A stretch of 64,000 nucleotides of DNA. It comes from Eledone cirrhosa (taxonomy: Eukaryota). The stretch lies in NCBI GenBank assembly GCA_964016885.1, contig OZ024755.1, positions 20,708,001 to 20,772,000 of the forward strand. Direction: 5' to 3'. Shown here in pieces: positions 53,550 to 64,000 of this stretch. Both the position numbers and the translations under genes were made by a program. The notes under the pieces are model-generated. The model worked only from the letters and a program-made list of their open reading frames with translations, made no database searches and was not told where the DNA came from. Numbering within the stretch: the stretch's first letter is position 1; the number at the start of each line of letters is the position of its first letter.

Positions 53550-53844
53550 ACTGATGATTTATAAAGTGCCCACCTACATATATTCCTACGGACTACGTGT
53601 AGGCTTCTACATAACCTGGACATTATTTTCCCAATTTGTAGAAAACTTATAATGAAACAATTGTTTGGAAAGAGAGATGTATTTTAATTATGTCTCATAT
53701 AAAATAATACAACGGGCTATCCGCAAAATACGTATAGTTAGCACCCCAAACGTAAAATTGGGATTATACTAAGGTATATCCTAATGTTTGTTGAGTGAGA
53801 CGGAAGCCGGTCGGAGTATTGCTTAAAGCTTTCTCTGTTAATGT

Positions 53845-54815
<971 letters not shown>

Positions 54816-54825
54816 CATTTTAAAG

Positions 54826-54910
54826 GGTCCGTCGAGCTGCCGATTATAGAGTCGGGTAAGATCGATACAGATCGAACCTTGAGCTGATCAGTGGCGAAAC
54901 GCACGTCACC
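54826..54910 (+). ncRNA. Degenerate hammerhead ribozyme (mutated core)
   Basis: ggt-CCGTCGA-gctgccgat...atcagtggc-GAAA-cgcacg-TC-acc; core has 2 mismatches to CUGANGA; AATAAA follows. Confidence 0.45.
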
Positions 54911-54974
54911 TACCAATAAATGTAATAAAGGAGTAACCACTCGTCCTTGTTATCTCTTCAACATATATATATAT

Positions 54975-55160
54975 AGGAAAATGTTTAACCCCGACGGCAG
55001 AGCTCAATCCGTTTCGGCGGCTATTTCTGAAAATAGCCGCCGAAACGGCTTGAGCTCTTCCGTCGGGGTCATACTTTTTCCTATTTCCCACTCTACTACC
55101 CTAAGTATTGAGTACTCTCGTGCGTTATGGTCCATCTGGTTCCCTACTACACTTCCTTCG

Positions 55161-55162
<2 letters not shown>
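54975..55162. mobile_element. Fold-back element family F
   Basis: Inverted arms 54988-55069; flanked by TA tracts. Confidence 0.75.
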
Positions 55163-55207
<45 letters not shown>

Positions 55208-55378
55208 AACAAGTATGACCCCGACGGCAGATGTCAACTCTGGATGTCGGTGAGCATGTCCGGCTAACCTCAGTCTCCTCTGTATATATATTTATATATA
55301 TACATATATATAAATACATATATATTCATACATATATATACATACATATTTATACATATGTATGTATGTGTGTATATA

Positions 55379-55432
<54 letters not shown>

Positions 55433-55610
55433 GTGGTTAATTATGCTGATTGGGAGAAGAAATGCTGTATATATTTTATCAAATGATTCTATGGATTTAC
55501 TTTCTTATAGATTGCTCTGATTGTTGATTATTTAATTAATTAATTCGTCATTGAGCCACATCGTTAATGGTTGCCAAAAACACATATTTATATCTATGTA
55601 TATCTAAATC

Positions 55611-55648
<38 letters not shown>

Positions 55649-55706
55649 GTGAGGTTTTTTTTACACAATGAAAAATAACCGAGGTGTCCGACACGAGTGA
55701 AACTAT

Positions 55707-55865
55707 AAAGAAAAAAAGATGAAATCGAAAATGCAACTGGAGTCTTATTTTTTTTTTAAATATATATATTTATTTGGTTCCTTTACCAGTAAAGGAACCA
55801 AATAAATATATATATATATTTTTTAAATAAGGCTCCAGTTGCATTTTCGATTTCATCTTTTTTTC

Positions 55866-55868
<3 letters not shown>
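55707..55868. repeat. ~160-bp imperfect palindrome
   Basis: aaagatgaaatcgaaaatgcaactggag...ttggttcctttac|ca|gtaaaggaaccaa...ctccagttgcattttcgatttcatcttt. Confidence 0.9.
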
Positions 55869-55914
<46 letters not shown>

Positions 55915-55968
55915 ATTATAATGAAATGACAGGAGGCTGGATTTGTGTAAATCCTTGAAAGGTTTATT

Positions 55969-56026
55969 ATACTATGATCATTTCAATGACCGGGTTCCGT
56001 ATGAATCCGGTGATATCATCAGGTAT
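55969..56026 (-). ncRNA. Minimal type I hammerhead ribozyme (HHR4)
   Basis: atac-CTGATGA-tatcaccggattc atacg gaacccggtcatt-GAAA-tgatca-TA-gtat; stem III ATGATCAT palindrome. Confidence 0.75.
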
Positions 56027-56679
56027 TCGAAATATAATACGTGAATGTAATAGATATAATCCATGGGGCTGAAAATCTCTCTCTCTATATATATAAATAT
56101 ATATATATAAACAAATAGTAAAAAGGAAAAAAATACAGTAGAAAATGGTAGAGGGATTTTTTCAGTATAACATTTATATGTATACATGTATATGTGTGAA
56201 GGCAGGTAGCTAAGCGGTTAGGGTTTTCAACCCACGATCGTAGCCACTAAGTTCGATTTCCGAAACCAATGGATGTCCACCACACACAAACACATTCATA
56301 TATACACACACATGCATATACAGATATATATGATTGTGTGTGCATGCTTACATATGTGTTTATATATATGTGGTGGGCGGGATGAATATATGTGCATACA
56401 TGTACATGCATACATATGTGTCTGTCAGTGCATATATGTACGTGTATACACGTGTTTATATATATATATATTTACATGATGTATAAATATATATACATAT
56501 ATATGTACATATATATGTACATGTATATGGGGCCATGAGTTCGAACTCCTAGGGTTGCATCTTAGAAGAGAAAGAGAGTCTTATATTATCAGCCTCGTAT
56601 CAAGCTTTATGTTGTGATAGAAATTAGATAAATACAAAGCTGGTGGAAGGGAGCTTGTTAAATATCGAAGGCCCATCCA

Positions 56680-57945
56680 TTAAGGAGTATAGTCACTAAA
56701 ATGTTTAGGGTTTAATCCAATACGGGGTAGTTATATTAAGGAGTATAGTCACTCAAATATGTTTAGGGTTAAATCCGATACCGGGTAGATGTATTAAGGA
56801 GTATAGTCAGTGATATGTTTCGTCGTAAATCCGAATCCGGATAGTTACATTAGGGGGTAGTTCTGATTCTGGGTAGATACATTAGGGGTATAGTCACGCA
56901 GATATGTTTAGGGTTATATCTGATTCCGGGTAGATACATTAGGGGTATAGTCACTCAGATATGTTTAGGGTTATATCTGATTCCGGGTAGATACATTAGG
57001 GGTATAGTCACTCAGATACGTTTAGGGTTATATCTGATTCCGGGTAGATACATTAGGGGTATAGTCACTCAGATACGTTTAGGGTTATATCTGATTCCGG
57101 GTAGATACATTAGGGGTATAGTCACTCAGATATGTTTAGGGTTATATCTGATTCCGGGTAGATACATTAGGGGTATAGTCACTCAGATTTGTTTAGGGTT
57201 TTATCTGATTCCGGGTAGATACATTAGGGGTATAGTCACTCAGATACGTTTAGGGTTATATCTGATTCCGGGTAGATACATTAGGGGTATAGTCACTCAG
57301 ATACGTTTAGGGTTATATCTGATTCCGGGTAGATACATTAGGGGTATAGTCACTCAGGTATGTTTAGGGTTATATCTGATTCCGGGTAGATACATTAGGG
57401 GTATAGTCACTCAGATATGTTTAGGGTTATATCTGATTCCGGGTAGATACATTAGGGGTATAGTCACTCAGATATGTTTAGGGTTATATCTGATTCCGGG
57501 TAGATTCGTTAGGGTGTGGTATAATCACTAAAATATGTTTAGAGTTAAATTCTATTCCGGGTAGATTCGTTAGTGGGGGTGTGATATAGTCACTAAAATA
57601 TGTTTAGAGTTAAATTCTATTCTGGGTAGATTCGTTAGGAGGTGGTATAATCACTAAAATATGTTTAGAGTTAAATTCTATTCCGGGTAGATTCGTTAGG
57701 GGGTGGTATAATATAGTCACTAAAATATGTTTAGAGTTAAATTCTATTCCGGGTAGATTCGTTAGGGGGTGGTATAATCAGTAAAATATGTTTAGAGTTA
57801 AATTCTATTCCGGGTAGATTCGTTAGGAGGTGGTATAATCACTAAAATATGTTTGGAGTTAAATTCTATTCCGGGTAGATACGTGGAGGGGGGGGGGGTA
57901 TAATCTCTAAAATGTTTGGAGTTAAATCCTATTCCGGGTAGATGC
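56680..57945. repeat. 57-bp minisatellite (~11 homogeneous copies) grading into ~58-64-bp variants
   Basis: Unit taggggtatagtcactcagatatgtttagggttatatctgattccgggtagatacat. Confidence 0.95.
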
Positions 57946-58028
57946 TAATAGTACAAGTGTCTGGATCTCAGGAGATTTCTCAGTCACTTATGTTATAGTA
58001 CTGTAATTACAACGGGGTAGTTAGTTCC

Positions 58029-58086
<58 letters not shown>

Positions 58087-58203
58087 ATATACACACACAT
58101 ATATATATATATGTGTGTATATACACACATATATATATATATATATATCATCTATATATATGTGTGTGTATATACACACATATATATATATATGTGTGTA
58201 TAT

Positions 58204-58245
<42 letters not shown>

Positions 58246-58436
58246 TCTATATATACATATATATATATATATCATGTATATATATACATATATATATATA
58301 TGTGTGTGTGTATGTGTGTGCGTGTGTATACATGTACATATATATATATATATATGTGTGTAAACATACATTCATACACACTCAAATATATATATATATA
58401 TATGAGTATGTATGAATGTATGTTTACATATATATA

Positions 58437-58620
58437 TGGTGGCTGCCAACTCGTTTTCGAGTACGGCCACTACTTTATATCCATGTAGGAGAACCCCTAC
58501 CGATGCACTGAACGAGTGTGACTTTTTAGTCCAGCCAGCGACTTGAAAACTCTGGTACAAACACTACACCTGTGACAATTATTGACACATAGTGCTGGGC
58601 ACATGGTACCATGTGACGAC
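58437..58620 (-). mobile_element. Short truncated copy of family H
   Basis: Matches 24750-24935; flanked by TA tracts. Confidence 0.8.
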
Positions 58621-58663
58621 TATATATATATATGTACATGTATACACACACACACACACATAT

Positions 58664-58722
<59 letters not shown>

Positions 58723-58864
58723 ATTTTTATAAATATTTTATAAATATAGTTTCCATTTATTTAATATCATTGAATATTTACTCCAGTAACTTGTTGAGTG
58801 CTCTGAATCAGTTATAAACATTTATGTTCGTCGGACTTCCAACAAATTAAATACCCCTTCTACT

Positions 58865-58895
<31 letters not shown>

Positions 58896-58999
58896 GTGGA
58901 TGTTTAAAATACCCTTGTACTTAAAACATTCAAACATTGAATCAGTACTCAATACGTGTAAACAGAGTGCAAATCATATTCACTGGAAAGAAAACTGAA

Positions 59000-59222
59000 A
59001 GTGTCGATTTCTTTGGGCAAAGACACTTTATTTCACGTGGCTCCAGTCCACTCAGCTGGTGAAAATGTGTTGTACCAGTAATACAATGGTGGGAAATCAT
59101 TTCACACACAGTGTCAGTAAGGCTGCACGTGTTGTAGTGGAATGTTCTGATCAGTCTGTTCCGTTGGCCGAGCAACTGGAGCACTCGTCGTCGGAAGTGA
59201 CTGAAGACCAACAACAACAACA
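59000..59222 (+). mobile_element. SINE with CORE-like body and (CAA)n tail
   Basis: tttgggcaaagacactttatttcacgtggctccagtccactcagctgg ... ctcgtcgtcggaagtgactgaagaccaacaacaac. Confidence 0.65.
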
Positions 59223-59445
59223 TACATATGTGCGTTTGTTTGTGTGTATGTATATATGTATATATATATATATATATATAATGAAAAATTTGAACAGGGA
59301 CAGAACAGAGAGGCAGTACAATAAATGTTTATTAAATTCACGCTCAGGAGAGTGGGGGGTAGGTGGGGGACGACGTTATCCGAATATATGTTTGTGTGTG
59401 CTTAAGTAAATGTATAGGAGTTCAGCCGTCGAGTCCCAATATGTT

Positions 59446-59515
<70 letters not shown>

Positions 59516-60104
59516 TGTGTGTGAGCCAGCATGGAAAGCAAGCAAAAAATCCCGATGATGGTGAGTGCGCGTGTATCTATGTGTATATGTGTCTATGTAC
59601 ATGTGTCTGTCTATGTACATGTCTCTATATGTGTGTTTGTGTGTGTGTGTGTGTGTGTATCTGTATTTCTGTGTATATGTGTGTATATATGTGTATGTAT
59701 GTATGTATATGTGTGTATATATGTGTATGTATGTATGTATATGTGTGTGTGTGTATGCGTAACACAAAACACCATCACCTACATTGAAGAATCATATACG
59801 TGTAAAAGAGTCTTTGTTTAAAAAACTACCGATAGTCACTAAAATTATCCATAACCTCAGTAATAATTGTTTCTACTTTAGGCACAAGGCCAGCAATTAC
59901 CTCAGTACATTACTGGTACTTTATTTTATCGACCCCGTAAGGATGAAAGGCAAAGTCAACCTCGGCGGGATTTGAACTCAGATCGTGTAATAACCTCAGT
60001 AATAATATGAAAGTGTACAACGTCTGTATGGAATGTTGTATAATCCTGGCTTATAATAAATACACTTAATATATATATATACACACATATATACACACAT
60101 ATAT

Positions 60105-60445
<341 letters not shown>

Positions 60446-60618
60446 TATATATATATATATATGCACATATATATAAATATACACACACATATATACATAT
60501 ACAGATATACATTATATATATATATAAATATACACACATATATACATACACAGATATACATTATATATATATATATATATATATATATAATGAATATCTG
60601 TGTATGTATATATGTGTG

Positions 60619-60652
<34 letters not shown>

Positions 60653-60744
60653 AATGAAAAGTATAGAAATTATTGTAGCAAGAAGCCAACAGTATTCCAT
60701 AATATATATATGAAAATTGCAAACTTGACTGTCACCACACATTA

Positions 60745-60783
60745 TGAACCTGAAGATTGCGAAAGCATGAAAGTACTTGTTCA
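60745..60783 (+). ncRNA. Minimal type I hammerhead ribozyme (HHR5)
   Basis: tgaac-CTGAAGA-t tgc gaaa gca t-GAAA-gtac-TT-gttca; stem I tgaac/gttca; stem III AGTACT palindrome. Confidence 0.8.
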
Positions 60784-60948
60784 ATTAACACTTAACATTT
60801 AATATTCTATCATACTATTTCATTATAATACCATTATAAATTTTAAAGGATTGTAAATAAAACGAGTAAATCAGACAAAGTTGGAATTCCTCTTATTAAT
60901 ATAATCTTCTATACACAATCATACACACCCGTGTATATTTATCTATCT

Positions 60949-60999
<51 letters not shown>

Positions 61000-61174
61000 T
61001 CCGAGGTTGACTTTATTTTATCGACCCCGTAAGGATGAAAGGCAAAGTACCAGTAATGCACTGGGTAATTGCTGGCCTTGTGCCTAAAGAAGAAACAATA
61101 TATATATATACACATATATATAAATATACATACACACAGATACATACATACATACATACATACATACATACATA

Positions 61175-61682
61175 GAAACGAGAAAGAATATATTGAGACA
61201 GATGGCACTAAGGAATACTGGTGGAACCTGAAAATAAAAACTGCCACCAAATTAAAGCACAACCGGCCTGATATTGTTGTTTGGGACCACACATTGAAAA
61301 CGTGTTCTGTTGTGGAGATCAGCTGCCCACTTGATGTAAACGTTGTCAGAAAAATACAGAAGGAGGACATCTACGGACCATTGATGAGGAGTTTACAAAT
61401 CCAGTATCCAAGATACACCTTTAGCTTCATACCCATCATTATTGGTGCTACGGGTTATATACCAACCCGCTTGGACCAAAGTATGACTGAACTTGGATTT
61501 GCGGACAAAAAGCGCAGCTCCCTAATTCATAGTCTACAAATGGCTGCGATAGCTGGCACCTTCAAAATTTGTGAAAACATTCTTGCGATTCAAGGGATGA
61601 CAATTTCTTTTCTTTTACAACCTTGCCACCAAGAAGGTGGCCGGTCAAAAAAATATACTCGAAATTAAGAGAAAGAGAAAAC
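61175..61682 (+). mobile_element. 5'-truncated Dong/R4-clade retrotransposon, restriction-like endonuclease domain
   Basis: EYWWNLKIKTATKLKHNRPDIVVWD...VVEISCPLDVN...KEDIYGPL...PIIIGATG (PD-(D/E)-type RLE); (TACA)n on both sides. Confidence 0.85.
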
Positions 61683-61712
61683 ATACATATACATACATAC
61701 ATACATACATAC

Positions 61713-61757
<45 letters not shown>

Positions 61758-62165
61758 TAAAGCAGCTATATTTTAACAGCTGTGTTAGCAATAGATTTTA
61801 TCGGCTTTTTGAATTTAGAAATTTAGGAGTATAGTTTGTTGTTTTTTTTTTTTTGTTACATAGAAGAGCTTATGAGTAGGATGAAAGAAAACGACAGCAG
61901 CATGCTGACGTCAAAGACATATATATATGTGTGTATGTGTATGTATGTGTATATATATATATATACTATATATATAGAGTTATAAACTCAAACTTGGTCA
62001 TTTACAATACAAACACTTATATGATTGTATTAGTGTTTATCATATATATTAATTTATATTAACTTGTATATATATATATATATATATATATGGATCTAGC
62101 TATCGAAACGGCCGGAGCTCAGCCGTCAGGGTCCTCACTCTTTTCATATACACACACATATATAT

Positions 62166-62215
<50 letters not shown>

Positions 62216-62428
62216 ATGTATATTCATCAGATCCTGTGATAAACAGCCGAAACTCCAGAGTAACAAGATTCAATAGTTCGCCTTAAAATAAAATGAATTA
62301 AAATTCTACTTCGGTATTGAGTACTCTTCTCTCTCTCAGTCGTCAACTACATACGGATATCTATATAATATATATATATATATATAATAGATGAGGTTCT
62401 ACAGGACTAGAACTGTTTCCTTATATAT

Positions 62429-62480
<52 letters not shown>

Positions 62481-62625
62481 ATACTTGGGGAGGGTCATAT
62501 TTGTGTAATATTGCCAGAATTAATAACAGAACACACTGACTAATTCATCGCCGCTATATATATATATATATAACTGAATTAGCCGTCGAAACGGCTTGAG
62601 CTCAGCCGTCGGGGTCTTACTGGTT

Positions 62626-62659
<34 letters not shown>

Positions 62660-62707
62660 TCTACAAGGCCAGCAATTACACAGTGTATTACTGGTACTTT
62701 ACCCCGT

Positions 62708-62739
<32 letters not shown>

Positions 62740-63014
62740 CTAACAAGACTCACCATGTAGCCATAATAAAATGAATGATATATATATAAGCACATTGTTT
62801 TTAAAATGAATGAGGAAAGAGGAAAAAAAAGTTGAACGAAGAAAAGTTATGAAAAATATATGAATTTTTTTTGTTAAAAGTTAAAACTATATGTAAACAT
62901 ACCACTATGATCGATATCATTGTCTGGAATTTCTCTGTTAATTCCACTGTCCCGGACAGGACACGTGGGATCATTACGTTCCATGTTTTTCTTCTATTAA
63001 ACTGAATCGTTGTA

Positions 63015-63055
<41 letters not shown>

Positions 63056-63224
63056 ATATATGTATTTATATATGGGTGTGTGTGTGTGTGTATATATGTA
63101 TATATATATATATATATATGTGTGTATATGTATGTATGTATGTATATGTGTGTATATATATCCTTCGTGCTGTTAAAACCGGCTGCTATAATATAGTCAG
63201 TCAGTTTTAGTCTGTCGTCGTTAT

Positions 63225-64000
63225 CTAGTGGTGGTGATGGTGGTGGTGGTGGTGGTACTAGTAGTGGTGGTTGATATGGTGGTGGTGGTGGTGGTCGTCG
63301 TCGTCGTCGTCGTCGTCGTAGTGGTTGTGCTGGTAGTGTTGATGATGATGGTGGTGGTGGTGGAGGTATTGGTAGTGTTGGTCGTGGTGGTTGTGGTGGT
63401 GGTGGTGGTGGTCGTCGTCGTCGTCGTCGTGGTTGTGCTGGTAGTGTTGATGATGATGGTGGTGGTGGTGGAGGTATTGGTAGTGTTGGTCGTGGTGGTT
63501 GTGGTGGTGGTGTTGGTGTTGGTATTGTTAGTGTTGGTGGTGGTGGTGGTGGTGGTGGTATTGGTGATAATGATGGTGGTGGTGGTGGTATTGGTGGTAA
63601 TGTTGGTGGTGGTGGTGGTGGTGGTATTGGTAGTGTTGGTCGTGGTGGTGGTGGTGTTTGTGTTGCTGGTGGTGTTGGTGTTGGTATTGTTAGTGTTGGT
63701 GGTGGTGGTGGTATTGGTGATAATGATGGTGGTGGTGGTGGTAATGTTGGTGGTGGTGGTGGTGTTTGTGTTGCTGGTGGTGTTGGTATTGTTAGTGTTG
63801 GTGGTGGTGGTGGTGGTATTGGTGATAATGATGGTGGTGGTGGTGGTGGTAATGTTGTTGGTGGTGGTGGTGGTGGTGGTGTTTGTGTTGTTGTCGGTGG
63901 TGATGGTGGTGGCGGTGGTATTAGTAGTGTTAGTGGTGGTGGTATTGGTAGTGCTGATCTTGTTGCTGTTGATGGTGGTGTGGGGTGTTGGTATTGTTAG
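63225..64000. repeat. (GGT)n-derived low-complexity repeat, runs off the window end
   Basis: Direct inspection. Confidence 0.92.

Noticed and set aside
59059-59409. 116-aa ORF
   Set aside because: Spans a SINE tail and a microsatellite

Overview
AT-rich, extremely repeat-dense eukaryotic DNA. The SINE families, Dong/R4-type, RTE and Penelope debris, and long (TA)n/(TACA)n tracts suggest an octopus-like cephalopod (inference). Almost all long ORFs in the track are microsatellite or minisatellite artefacts. The only convincing host coding sequence is a 132-bp phase-1/phase-1 exon on the minus strand (3661-3792) with an SLC4 bicarbonate-transporter N-terminal motif. The rest is intron or intergenic DNA filled with tRNA-derived SINEs, LINE fragments, MITEs, two tandem non-autonomous Helitrons and satellites. 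Most notable: (1) five intact and one degenerate minimal type I hammerhead ribozymes with palindromic stem III, in unrelated short elements embedded in (TA)n, typical of Penelope-like elements; (2) recurrent fold-back hairpin elements with a shared inversion hotspot; (3) an unidentified 102-nt repeat motif forming a pseudoknot with compensatory changes between two copies; (4) a near-identical inverted duplication 38 kb apart; (5) minisatellites that arose inside retroelement fragments. All calls were made by eye, with no database searches.
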